This document shows, piece after piece, positions 1-11,985 of a stretch of 64,000 nucleotides of DNA (its first letter is position 1; each line of letters starts with the position of its first letter). Position numbers and translations under genes: made by a program. Source of the DNA: Nemertoderma westbladi (Eukaryota > Animalia > Xenacoelomorpha); contig JAUCBJ010000816.1 of NCBI GenBank assembly GCA_032718475.1, positions 36,476 to 100,475 of the forward strand. Reading direction: 5' to 3'. The notes beneath the pieces are model-generated. The model ran no database searches, had not been told where the DNA came from, and saw nothing but the letters and a program-made list of their open reading frames with translations.

Positions 1-975
1 ATTTTCACAAAAAAAAGTTGGTCAAATTTTATCAATTATGACTTTTTCACTAGCTAATATAAAGTACTAGCTAACACAAAATCAAAATTACTAGCTACCA
101 TCTTACTATCAGAGGGTCAAATATTTGTTCTAGAACAAGAAACCTCATGATATAAACCGATAATCACTGATATAATTAATAATTTTTTTTTGAATTTGGG
201 CATATTTACTATACTAATGCCCATTTTAAATACATACTGTACTATCATTATAGCTAGTAAAAAATTAACTAGCTCCATAAAAACACTAGCTACCATATTG
301 TTAAAAAAAGTAAAATCGTTTTATTTTCAAAAAAATACTAGCTAGTAAAAAAACACGGCATTTGTGTACTATGGTATGTATCAGCTAGTATTGAAAATTT
401 TCAAATGACATTTATATTATATTTTCTGGTCTCATCTTTTGATTTTTGTTAATAGCTATTATGTTTATTGTCTACTTAATAATTTATTAGCTAGTGTACT
501 AATTTACTACAGTAATTAGCTACAGTAGGGTAGGCACTATTCAATAAATTATTAGCTAGTCACATTGCGTTTATTCATTAGTTTGGTAGATATTTATTTA
601 GTTGGTTTGATTTTCTATTTGGTTTCTTTGATGACCTTTACAGTTCCATGTCAAAGAAGATACTTTAATTTTAATCTTAGTAAGATTATTTAATAATAGT
701 CCAGAGCCGGCTGATGAGTCCAGAAAATGTTATATTAAAATTTTCAATTTTTGCTTATACATACCATTGTAAAGCCCGGAACTATTACAGTTAAAAGATT
801 ATCGCGCTTGCTGTTACTTTCATTGCATTTTCCAAAATCAATTCCACTTAAAATTATTTTATTATTACAGGAGGCCTATAATGTACATTTAGGCATTTTG
901 TATAGCCTGGATTCAAAACTTTTGATGTTTTGTATATGTTTTTCGTATAATATTCTCTTGTATTTTTTTCGGGAA

Positions 976-2193
976 CAGTTCCGTATGTGCCAACATTTTC
1001 GTTGTTTTTTTTCAACAAATTGTCATGCTCTTTTGTCAGGTTTTTCTCTTGATAAATGTTCTAGAACGTATATTGAGTGTTCTAGAACTTAAAAAAAAAT
1101 GTTCCAGAACATTTTAATTATGAATTTTGAGAAAATAAATTACTTACTCTTAAAAAGAAAATTATTAATAAAGTTGTTCGATTTTAAAATTGTTTATGCT
1201 ATTTTGCCTGCTTTTTTTTTCTATTGGCAAGAGATATAGAACATTTATTAAATGTTCTAGAACATGTACCAAATGTTCTAGAACATTTTTATTATCAATT
1301 TTTAGAGAAAAAAAAAATATTCTAGAATATTTGTTCTTTAAAAAAAAATTATTAAAATGATTGTTTAATTTAAAAAAATTGGAATACAGAACAACTAACC
1401 ATAACGATAGCATTCCAGAACATTTTTTAAAATGTTAGCTAGGGCTAGCTATAGATATAACTATAGACTATAGGCTATATACTATAGGCTATAGCTATAG
1501 ATATAAATTACTAGCTATAATTGTAAATTATTACTTGAGAGGTACATAAAATTACTAGATATATAGGTTAATTGAAAATTATTAATAAAGTTATTCGATT
1601 TTAAAATTGTTTATGCTATTTTGCCTGCTTTTTTTCTATTGGCAAGAGATATAGAACATTTATTAAATGTTCTAGAACATGTACCAAATGTTCTAGAACA
1701 TTTTTATTATCAATTTTTAGAGAAAAAAAAATATTCTAGAATATTTGTTCTTTAAAAAAAAATTATTAAAATGATTGTTTAATTTAAAAAAATTGGAATA
1801 CAGAACAACTAACCATAACGATAACATTCCAGAACATTTTTTAAAATGTTAGCTAGGGCTAGCTATAGATATAACTATAGACTATAGGCTATATACTATA
1901 GGCTATAGCTATAGATATAAATTACTAGCTATAATTGTAAATTATTACTTGAGAGGTACATAAAATTACTAGATATATAGGTTAATTATACAAAAAAGTG
2001 TTAAAAAAACAAAAAAAATAAAATTTTTTAAAAATGTTCTAGAACAAAAAATTATATGTTCTAGAACATTATTTAACAAAAAAATAATTCGAAATATCCT
2101 AGAATACTTCACACTAACATTAATTAAAAAGTAGTATCTAGTAAACTAAACACATTTTAGAGCAAACAGAAAATGTTGGCACATACGGAACTG
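976..2193. mobile_element. Non-autonomous TIR element (Tc1/mariner-like MITE)
   Basis: 25-bp inverted repeats: CAGTTCCGTATGTGCCAACATTTTC (976-1000) and GAAAATGTTGGCACATACGGAACTG (2169-2193). The right flank is TA and the left flank is AA. The interior is AT-rich with many TTCTAGAA palindromes and no credible ORF. Confidence 0.7.
1157..1988. repeat. Tandem duplication, 2 x ~417 bp, inside the MITE
   Basis: GAAAATTATTAATAAAGTT...ATATAGGTTAATT occurs at 1157-1573 and again, nearly identical, at 1574-1988. Confidence 0.9.
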
Positions 2194-3091
2194 TAGTCTT
2201 TTTTTCTATTTAAAATCATTAAAACATTCTAAATCATTAGAATGTCTATCAAAAACGTGGGGATTATTTCTACTCATATTTAAGGCCACGTTCACACTAC
2301 CGAGTCAAAGTCAAAGACAAAGGGAAATAAGTATAGCTAGCAATAATAAATAATAATACATTATATAATATAGTACGTACATAAGGGCATTCTAGAAAAA
2401 ATTAAATTTCATGTGATCGTCCTCTTCAGTCCGTACCACGCGCTGCACATAGTCCCACACCAACTGCAGGCATTTATTTATCCATTGCATTGTGGGCTGT
2501 CTGGGGGTAAGTTTTCGCAACCTCAGAGCGGGATATTAAATGTAAGTCTCCCTTCGCCATAAGATTTTATGTTTGAAAAATTTGAATAGAATTTAAAATC
2601 TAATAAATTTTCGATTCTGCGCGGAAGTATAGAAAAATCACTCCATCCATATCTTTCTCGCTTCATACAGTATATTAATATTGCACCTATTCCGTAAACT
2701 ACAATACTACAGCTGTTTGTCACTGCTCATAATTAATTATTAGGAAATCACGCAATATTTGATGGTGTGATTGATGTGATTATTGGCTCTTACAGTTAAC
2801 ATAGGTTACAATATTATGCAGGTCTTTATTATTTGGGTCTTGGGTCTTTGTTTTGTAGTCACCCTATGCGGGGGCCTATTCGTTGTACCTCACGTCACCA
2901 GTCTAACACAGTTCTGAGTCGACCTGCCGCAGACGTATCATCGGCCAACCAACACTGTCTCCCTCCAGCTCCGACTGATCCACCACCCTTGGGAGAGTCC
3001 TGTGGGTTATTACCCCCTGCCCTCTCTAATGAAAAGGAACAACTTCATGAAATTAGTGGAAAGACATAATTATTTTTTAAATAGATTTTTA

Positions 3092-3348
3092 GGTTCCACC
3101 TTGGTGTAGTGGTTGCATTGAATTCACATCTCCCGTAGGTCGTGGGTTCGATCCTCACATGGGTCAGGGCAGTTTTCGTTTCGACACGAATGCTTTAAAG
3201 GGACCAGTCAGGGCGCATCTCTGCCTTGCATCCTTAAGTGGTAGCTAAATGAGTACTCGAGTTTCCACTGGGGAGGACCACGCTGGAAATAAGTTGTCAG
3301 ACTTTGTGCGTAATCCCTGGCCATGTGGCCAAAGAAAATTTACTTTTA
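3092..3348 (+). mobile_element. tRNA-derived SINE, copy 1
   Basis: Pol III A box TGGTGTAGTGG and B box GGTTCGATCC, central CTCTGCCTTGCATCCTTAAGTGGTAGCTAAATGAGTAC and tail AAATTTACTTTT. A highly similar copy lies at 41474-41750. Confidence 0.85.
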
Positions 3349-3690
3349 TAGATTAGGCGTATTGTTAGAAACAATAAGAATAGAAGAAACAAGAATAATA
3401 TTTGTTTATTTCGTCGATAGACTTTGTGCCAAATACTTCTACTAAACGACTTGGTTTTGGAAATTTGAGGGATCTATTTATTACATTTGATATATCACTT
3501 TCTACTTGTTTACAATTTTTGGTGTATTGTTTGTGAGATGGCTTGAAAATAAAATAATTATTATTGTTGTTGTTGCTGTTGAGACAGGGAGGGGGGGGGG
3601 GGGGGGGGGGGGTGGTGGGGGCTCAAGCCAATTCCATCTGGGTATTACAAAACAAAGAATCAAGACCTGTACAAAACAAAGTGGTAAGTC

Positions 3691-3821
3691 GCGTTAGGTC
3701 CCAAAGAGCGTTAGGTCCCAAGGAGCGTTAGGTCCCAAGGAGTGTTAGGTCCCAAAGAGCGTTTGGTCCCAAAGAGCGTTAGGTCCCAAGGAGCGTTAGG
3801 TCCTAAAGAGCGTTAGGTCCC
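3691..3821. repeat. 17-bp minisatellite (GCGTTAGGTCCCAARGA), ~7.7 units
   Basis: Directly visible tandem units. Confidence 0.9.
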
Positions 3822-4819
3822 ATTGCCATCTAAAGGAGTAGGTTAGTAAAGGAGCAGGTTACAGAGGCGTGATGGGGGGAACCAAAATAATAAACGAATG
3901 TTAACACATGTGTTTGTAAAGTTCTTGAGTCTTTGGTCTTTGTTTTGTACTCACCCATTCCATCTCGGCGAATTAATATCTCGCCTCAAAGTTAAATGAT
4001 CAATTAAGGGTACTTATAATGACACCGTATTCAAACTAACACAGTAACTTAATCTGTAAAGTGCTGCTTGTAGCTTTGCTGTACTGTTTGTATGTACAGT
4101 ATCCCAATACCAGTGGAAAGGAGGAGTTACATTCCCACCATAGTTAGCAATGAAGCTAAAAATAGCTCAATAGGTGACAGACAACACTTCACCTTGTGAG
4201 ATTGGTAGCCACCTCTCTCTGTAATGTGGGGTCATGTTCCCACGGAAGTATCTTGCAGTTTTTCACTCAATAACTAATAAAGTCCGTTGGTACAGTAGCA
4301 AAGCATTAACAAATCAGGGGCGAGCTGCTGTTGATATTAATGGAGACATTACAAATCTACACTATGTAAATTGCTACAATATGATAATGCTAGCTAGTTC
4401 AATAACTTAGTGTACAAGTAAAATGAAGTGAGAACGTGAGCTTGAAACACCGGATGAATAAGATGACGATGATTAATGTTTGCGCCTCTATTAATATTTT
4501 AGTTACTGATTTGAGGCCCTCAATATCTGCGCGCATCAATGTTTTTTCTCTCACTAAATATGTTTGTGTAGGGGACGCACTGCATTGCGGCGCACACCAC
4601 ACCCCCCCCACCCCTTAATGTAAGATAATTTAACCATCTGAATGTACATATAAAATGCGGTTGTAAACGCTACGCCGACAATCTACAACCAACGCAGACA
4701 ACTATTGTTAAAGCTAATTAAAGTTAATTAACAATTGAGAGAAAGGAACAGGTTACAGTGGAAGGTTATACTAACTTCAACTTTTATTAACTCCAAAAAG
4801 ACCAAAAGCAGTTAAACAA

Positions 4820-5525
4820 ACAGTTAACTTTGAAAGTCCTCAGCAAGTCTCTGATCGGATGAGCATAAGCTCAAAAGATGGTATGCTTGAGCATGTGGAT
4901 GACTTCTGTTACCTGGGATCATGGATCCGGAAGTCAGGTGAGGACCTTCGAATACGTAAGGGAAAGGCATGGGCAGCCTAGAATAAGCTTTCCAGGATTT
5001 AGAAGTCACCGAGAATTAATCGGACACTTAAAGTCCGATTATTTAGAGCAGCAGTAGTTCCAGTACTCCTTTATGGGAGTCCATGCTGGGCTCTAACTGC
5101 TGAGGACACCAAATCTCTGGATGGCACATTCACAAGAATGCTACGCCGGGTTCATTGTGTCAAGTACAATGCACACATCTCCAACCAGACACTATATAAC
5201 ATTGGAGGTGTCTCATTGGTTCCCCCAAGCTTGACACTAGAACGAAATCGCCTCTGCTTTGCAGGACATTGCTTTTGCCGTGACGACCAGCCAGTGCATA
5301 ATCTTGTACTTTGGCAGCCTCATGGAGTGAATAAGCATGGTGGACAGCCCATGATTTTTCTGAGACGCATCTTAAAGGACACTGGCCTTGAAGATGCGGA
5401 TGATCTAGCAAATGTCATGGGTGATAGGGAGTTGTGGCGGCGCAATTTTGTCGACAAGCCGGCACAGCATTCTTAAAAATGCAGCTGCAATGCAGCATGC
5501 CGATCCTAGTAGTAGTAGTAGTAGC
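4820..5525 (+). mobile_element. Degenerate 3' fragment of an RTE-clade LINE
   Basis: Broken RT C-terminal remnants (YLGSWI; LDGTFTRMLRRV...RLCFAGHCF) followed by a (TAG)n tail at 5507-5524. Related to the remnant at 41830-42120 and to 40225-40566. Confidence 0.75.
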
Positions 5526-6912
5526 ATCATAGTGGAAGCCAGAACAGCTCTGGAACAATTAAAATTGTTTTGTGCACATCCTGTGCCCGGGCCGGCGCAG
5601 GCACATCCGGGCCGGCGCGTTTCGTCGGCTGTTATCTCTGGAGAGGAAGTTGGGAAAAGATCCCGAGTTGGAAAAGATGTACCGAGAAACTATTAACTCT
5701 TACTTCGAGAACGGGTATGCGTGTTAGACACGGTAAATATATAACTGAGGTACTAGAACTATTTAATGTAGTTAGTTAGGAACATTATAATATTGAAATG
5801 TTTCAATTTTGTTGAATTTTTTTCAATTTTGGACGTATCACTGTGCCGTGTAGTTAGTCAAATAATTTTTTAAAAGTGTAATATTACTAGAAATTATATT
5901 TTGTACATGTAATTTGTAATAACTACAGTATCTATAGCAATTTGTAAATTGTGAGTTTGTGAAATTTTGATTTCGTCAATAAACATAAAGGAAATATACT
6001 TTCAATGCGAGCAAAAAATACTGGCAAATTCATATTAGAGACCAAATTATTCATTCAAACAAAGCTTACAATAGTTTTAGTGCCAAATCGAAAGCTTGAA
6101 GTTTCCAATCTGTTGTGAAAGCTTTTATTCAAAAGCTTTTCTTTTTAAACGATTTAGTATTTGTTAAATCTGATTGTAAAAATTCAAGTCTTGTTATCAA
6201 TACATTATCATTAACATTTCCGATGATATGGATATGATAAAGAAATTAATCAGTTTGCATCGAAACTCTATGAATTGACACTAAACTAATGCTTATTACC
6301 AACAACTACAACATCATAATCCAAGCTATCTCTAATGATGATACCATTCAAGGTTGAGACGAATCAGATGAGGACACAGATGATTGTGATGCCAATCTGT
6401 AGGACCAAACAGTCTCCCTCACTCTCATAGATCGGATCATAGACCGGATCAGATCTATAATCGGCATGCTGGAAGCAGCTGCATTAAGAGTCCTATTCCG
6501 TCAACTTCAAGGCAAGTGTCTTGAGGCGTCTCAAGAAAGCCATGGTCTTCAATTAGTCAGCTGTATACTGCGCTGTACAGTAATATATATAATATTCTGG
6601 AATATTTCGTTTATTTAATGAGTAGCTACGCAATAGTAAAATGACATCAAACTATTAATAGATAAAGAGAACATACAATATTAATATTTATATTAAGTAA
6701 TATATTTCTGAACGAAACTAATAATTATCTTACATATTATTTAGAATCGTTGCAAGGGCAGATTTCCATTGCTACGAACCATTCTAAGGATGAAGAAAAA
6801 CTGCGGTGCGACTGGTGCATTATTGACAACATTTATTTATTAAACAATTTCTTTTAGAACAGTAATTATAATAATAATAAGCATGATATTAACGATAAAA
6901 CTACATAGGGGG

Positions 6913-7058
6913 CCTATTGTACAATAAATAAAATACTTTATTGACCTTTTTGCGCCTCCATCTGTCTTATTTACCAACCTCGCTGCGCTCGGTAGTTTAA
7001 TAACAGATCTCTGGACAAACGGTACAGTAAATAAAGCATATATTTACCGTACAATAGA
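6913..7058. repeat. Short palindromic element
   Basis: Inverted ends CTATTGTAC...GTACAATAG, nested imperfect inverted arms (TTTATTGACC/GGTACAGTAAATAAA; ATCTGTCTTATT/AATAACAGAT) and a GC-rich centre CTCGCTGCGCTCGG. Confidence 0.45.
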
Positions 7059-7669
7059 TACAGTAGTTACTAATTAACGTGTAATGTGTTAGAATATTAA
7101 CGTTCACATATTGATGCTAAGGCTCAGCTCACAGACTTCGTGGCTTGCCCCTTATTATTGAACTACTGTACTTGGGCTACTTCGGTTGGTCACAGTAAGT
7201 ACTGTATGGGATAATAACAACAATAATCCTTAAAAACCTCCTGAAAATTGTTGAAGAACGTGGACAGAGCTGGTACAGTACAATAATGTGCAAATCTATC
7301 TGATTGGTAATTTCATTACCTGTTCTTTTTCAACCCAGTCCACCTTTTTCAAATTTAAAAAGGGTAGATAACAAAGCTGAAAAAGGTGGACATGCTGTGT
7401 GACGCAACTCGCCTGTGATTGGTCTGTCCATTGTCCATGTTTTCTGTGTCCAGTCCACCCTTTTCAAACACCCCCATTTATAGGGCAGTGATTTTTTATG
7501 TCCTTTTTCCTTTTATTTGACTTTTTTGTCCGCCTTTTTTTACGAATTGTGGATAATGACTTTTGTTGTTCCCTTAAATGACTTTTTATGTATGTATTTC
7601 TTCCAACTGTCAGACAACTGATTTATAGACTGTCAGACAGTTGATTTCAACATGCCTGTGCCAAAACAT

Positions 7670-8312
7670 AGTACGTACTAAAAGGTAGAACGATCTATAA
7701 TGGGCTATAACGATCTATAACGGGCTATAACTTTCTATAAACAAGCTATAACCACCTATAACGAGCTATAATATGAAAATTTATATTAAAAAAACGCCCC
7801 TTGGGTGTGTTTAACTTTTGGATTAACACGGTGGTCTGAAAAATACCGCAGGTTAAAAATTAGGGTAGGCCTATCTGCCTATGCCTAATTGATACTGGTA
7901 AGTTTTTTTTATTGGCCTATATTGCTCACTATATTCCTGTATTCTATATCGACCAGAAGCTGACAGCGGATAGCAGGATGGAGGATAGACAGAGAGATAG
8001 GAGACCTCTCCACTGCTGCACTGTCTGATAGTCAGAAAATGCAGTAGGTCTAGCTGTCTAGTGGCTTGCTGACTAATGCAGTAATGACTGATTCCGTGAT
8101 ACCACAAAGATGAAAAGCATTATGGACTAAAAAACCAAATTGCGTAATTAAATTACTGACTAGGAAAATAAATCCATTCTAAAATATGTTTTTTTATTGT
8201 AAATTTTCAGATTATAGCTCGTTATAGGTGGTTATAGCTTGTTATAGGAAGTTATAGCCCGTTATAGATCGTTATAACCCGTTATAGATCGTTCTACCTT
8301 TTAGTACGTACC
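7670..8312. mobile_element. MITE with ~100-bp TIRs and a 9-bp TSD (Mutator/MULE-like)
   Basis: GTACGTACTAAAAGGTAGAACGATCTATAA... (7671-7771) is mirrored at 8211-8311. CCAAAACAT flanks both sides (7661-7669, 8313-8321). It is inserted into a ~60-bp tandem array. Confidence 0.85.
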
Positions 8313-8589
8313 CCAAAACATTCAAAATTTGTTGATTTCTGGACTGTCGGACAGTTGATTTCACTATGCCTGTGCCAAAACAATACAAATTTGTTGATTT
8401 CTTGACTGTCAGACAGTTTAATTTACAATAATTGTGGCAAAACATTCAAAATTTCATGATTTGTAGACTATAAGATAGATTTTCCATACGCGCCAGTGAT
8501 AGAAGACTCTAAATTGAATAGTTTGTGGTTGTTGTCGATAATCAATTACCATATGACGTAGCAAAACACTCTTTTTATAGCCAAAAACT

Positions 8590-9210
8590 ATTACCAATTG
8601 GTGGAAATGAGCAGGTTACAGTACGAAGCAGGCTTTTATAACCAAAACAATAAACGTTCACTTTACCAATTGAGGGAAAGGAGCAGGTTACAGAGGCGGG
8701 TTTTTCTAACCAAAACAATAAATTATCACTTAACTAATTGAGGGAGAGGAGCAGGTTACAGAGGCGGGATTTTCTAACCAAAACAATGAACAGTCACTTT
8801 ACCAAATGAAGGAAAGGAGCAGGTTACTGAGGCGGGCTTTCTAACTAAAACAATAAACGGTCACTTTACCAAATCAGGGAAAGGAGCAGGTTACAGAGGC
8901 GAGATTTTCTAACCAAAACAATAAACGATCACTTAACTAATTCAGAGAAAGGAGCAGGTTACAAAGACGAGATTTTCTATCCAAAACAATAACTTATATA
9001 ATATAATAATATAACAATAACTAAACAATCACTTAACTAATTGAGGGAAAGAGGGAAAGAAGCAGGTTCCAGAGGCAGGCTTTTCTAACCAAAAACAATA
9101 AACGATCTCTTTAGCAATTGGGGAAAGGAGGAGGTTACAGAAACGGAATTTTCTAACCAAAAGAATAAACGATACCACTTTACCAATTGCGGAAAAGGAG
9201 CATTTTACGG
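8590..9210. repeat. ~61-bp tandem array (GGAAAGGAGCAGGTTACAGAGGCGGG...CTAACCAAAACAATAAAC), ~10 units
   Basis: Recurring GAGCAGGTTACAG motif at ~61-bp spacing. Dispersed single units occur near 3850 and 4745. Confidence 0.85.
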
Positions 9211-9749
9211 CGGCATTACTTTACATTCTGTACAGTTGTATATATCCTTATTGGGACAACCTCTTTGCGTTTTAGCTAAAACCGGCCCAATACTTTCGAT
9301 ATCAGTGTGTTTTCGCTATCAAATGGGTAATAAGTAGATTTTTCGAACACATTGTATGTGGACTGATCTGTTAACATTTATAAAAAAAAAATAGTATAAT
9401 GCTACAGTATATAATTCATTCTAAGGCATAGGCTTTATACAACCTACATACAGTACAATAAGCAATACTGCAAAATACTGCTCTAATACTGTAGTACTGG
9501 TACTGATAGCCTAAGAGAACAGCAGTAGAGAAACCGGTAGCATGGAACCTAACCGTAAATTTTTGGCGGACATAAAAAGTAAAAAAAGGATATTATGAGT
9601 GATTTAAACGGACAAGAAAAATTATTGTCATTTTATAGGTTGGAAGGGCATATCGGTGTGAATCCGCTAACAAGGCCCTTTTCGAACTTGCCGCTTCAAT
9701 TTACACTAAAGATACAAACAAACTACTACTGTAAATAGTTATATTCTAC

Positions 9750-9755
9750 TTTATT
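9750..9755 (-). promoter_or_regulatory. Candidate poly(A) signal of the lectin gene
   Basis: AATAAA on the minus strand, ~120 nt downstream of the stop codon at 9877. Confidence 0.4.
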
Positions 9756-9876
9756 TATAATACTATAAGTACAGTAGATTTCCCTTTATGTTTTACTACT
9801 TTCCTATAACCACCGGCGACCGGCGTAATTAGAATCACAGGCAGTTTCTTTCTGGGCAGCCAAAGCAGCAGATGGT

Positions 9877-10065
9877 CTATTGAATTTTAACTTCACAGAG
9901 CGTCAGTGGTTTGCTGTCTGCCTGGAACACGACGACATAGCGACCTTGTTTCCCTTCACAACCGATACTTTGTACAGCAGAAGAATCAGCAGCTCCACAT
10001 AGGTTCCCCATGTTGCTAGCCAAACTTCTGAGGTAGACCTCATCCACACTGTCTACAACAAACAC
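9877..10065 (-). CDS. Tandem F-type lectin, last exon (C-terminal half of F-type lectin domain 2)
   Basis: Acceptor TTCAG|GTG, phase 0. Encodes VFVVD...CGAAD...C.GKQGRYVVVFQ...LTLCEVKIQ-stop, with the GRYV and LxLCEV motifs of F-type lectins. Confidence 0.9.
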   Translation of the reverse strand: MFVVDSVDEVYLRSLASNMGNLCGAADSSAVQSIGCEGKQGRYVVVFQADSKPLTLCEVKIQ

Positions 10066-10291
10066 CTGAATGAGGTAGTAATAAATTGTGTCAATAGTGG
10101 AGTGGTGGTAACAAAGTTTAAAACACCTCTGCAGTTACACAGAATTTATTATTAGAATAACTTACCACTAAAGTAGTACTCTGATCATAATTATCAAGTC
10201 AGATTTTATAACTAGGCTATTTTATTCTATTAAATAAAAATACCATATTCTAGATTGATAGATAGGTTTAAACAATAGAATTAAATATGAT

Positions 10292-10477
10292 TCAACGAAT
10301 AGAATGTTCTTCAAGTATATCGAAGAGGCCTCTATTGTTAGTGGAATCTACAGTTCCTAGGATCGAGGCCGAGTTGCCGATTAGGATGGCTATCAGGAGT
10401 CTTGGCAGCAGGAATCGATGAGACCGGGGTTCCTGTGTTGCTTGTCGAATCTTCCTGCCGACCTCTTTCAGGAATGA
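10292..10477 (-). mobile_element. 3' relic of a CRE/SLACS-type (restriction-like endonuclease) non-LTR retrotransposon
   Basis: Translation SFLKEVGRKIRQATQEPRSHRFLLPRLLIAILIGNSASILGTV matches the CRE-group C-terminal pattern FLxQRLSxAIQRGNAASILGT. Not in the ORF track. Confidence 0.65.
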
Positions 10478-10753
10478 GGTTTTATAACTGTTTCTGATAT
10501 TTCAGACTGTAGAGAATACAGAATCAGTGAGTAGTTTACGTTTCAACTGTGGTATCTGACTCGCAAATTAATTTTTTCTCTAAATGATATATTAGTTAAG
10601 AATTTCATAAAATTGTTTAACCTTTTAATGGGTAAACTTTTAAACTGCAACACTGTAAAAGCTTTTGCGGATATAACAAGTCATTTTTGTCCGCAATTTA
10701 CTGTGTAAGTGTTTTAGCGGACATAACAAGCCATTTCCCCCGCAATGCGCAGT

Positions 10754-11907
10754 TGTTTGCGCTTTTGAAGACCTTTGACAGTTTAACCTGCCAAAATTAG
10801 AATGTCTTTTAGATGATATATATTCTTTAGCTTTATGACGAGTATTTGATACCCTACATTAGCCGAAGCCAGTCTATGCGCAATCATTCACCCGTTGGAT
10901 ATACCCGGGAGACTGAGTTCGGAGCTTAATGATTGATAGTGTAAGCCTACCGTATTATTCGACTGATCGTAATATATAATCTCTGACCAATATTATTCAC
11001 TTTCGGGAAATATTAACAGTTCCTTTTGGACGTGGCGCTCTAAATATGTAAACAGAGTTATGACTTAAACTAGACACAACGAAAAGGCTATAGATTAACG
11101 TATATGGCACATTCTTTAGGAGATGCTTTGTTATCAGTTACAATCATACACAATGCTGCACAATACTGCACACTAATCTGCCGACCTTCACTAAATTTGG
11201 TCACGTATAAAGAGAGCAACAGACAATTTATGTTGGGCATATGAAATAGCATTAGATTCACTTCAAACCACTTAACATACATAGGTCGCAATCGTTTATC
11301 TGTAACCGGTCTCTCTAACCTTTAGTATATCAAGAAGGTGGGGTGTCTGACTATTGATCAGTATTCCGATATAATATTTCATCAACAAATATAACGAATA
11401 ACCAACAGCAAAAGCAGTAATGTAAGATATGAATTGCATAGATATGTATGATAAGATTGTATGTAGGTAGGTCGATTTGATAACAGATATACGTTCTATA
11501 ATTAAGCCTACTAATGTAAAGCTAAAGAATGCTGATATACGTAGGTGCCAAAGGCCGATGTTCTTAGGCTCTAGCAAAAAACATAAACACTGAACTACTG
11601 AGTTTCTGTATACACCTCCAACACAGAGACAAAAAACGCTCTGATTGGTCAACCGAACAACGAGAGAACAAAGAAACAAAGAAACGTCGACGTGGCAATA
11701 TCAGCTGTTAGCCGTCGTCATGGTAGCGACACTGTTTTCAAGAGTATCTAGCTTATTGCGTCACGAGATTGCGGATTATGTTCTCTAAAGTACAAATACA
11801 ATACAAATACATAAGAAATGACTTTTATGTCCTCTAAAACACCAGTACAGCAAGGACACGGCCTTTTTAAGGGAAAATAACCGGTTAATGACGCAAAAGC
11901 TTTTACA
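10754..11907 (-). repeat. 3' LTR of the BEL/Pao element
   Basis: Near-identical to 28190-29318. On the minus strand it starts TGTAAAAGC directly after the purine tract. Confidence 0.95.
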
Positions 11908-11985
11908 CCGCTCCCAGAAAATGGGATTTAAGTCTATAAAATATAACAAATCACAGTTTCTAAAATATAAAAATACTCTAAACAG

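Noticed and set aside
1-960. AT-rich region with many CTAGCTA motifs and a 113-aa ORF (751-1092)
   Set aside because: Probably part of a repeat entering from outside the window. No boundaries or coding signal could be established.
3092-3165. tRNA gene
   Set aside because: A/B boxes are present but there is no full cloverleaf, and it continues into a SINE body found twice.
8590-9210. Regular repeats resembling a CRISPR array (also 3691-3821, 33238-33401, 58178-58546)
   Set aside because: Whole units repeat with no unique spacers, there are no cas genes, and the context is eukaryotic with introns.
11088-11679. 67-aa and 127-aa ORFs duplicated at 28524-29115
   Set aside because: They lie inside the LTRs, so duplication is expected. 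No domain, and not evidently preserved in the related solo LTRs.
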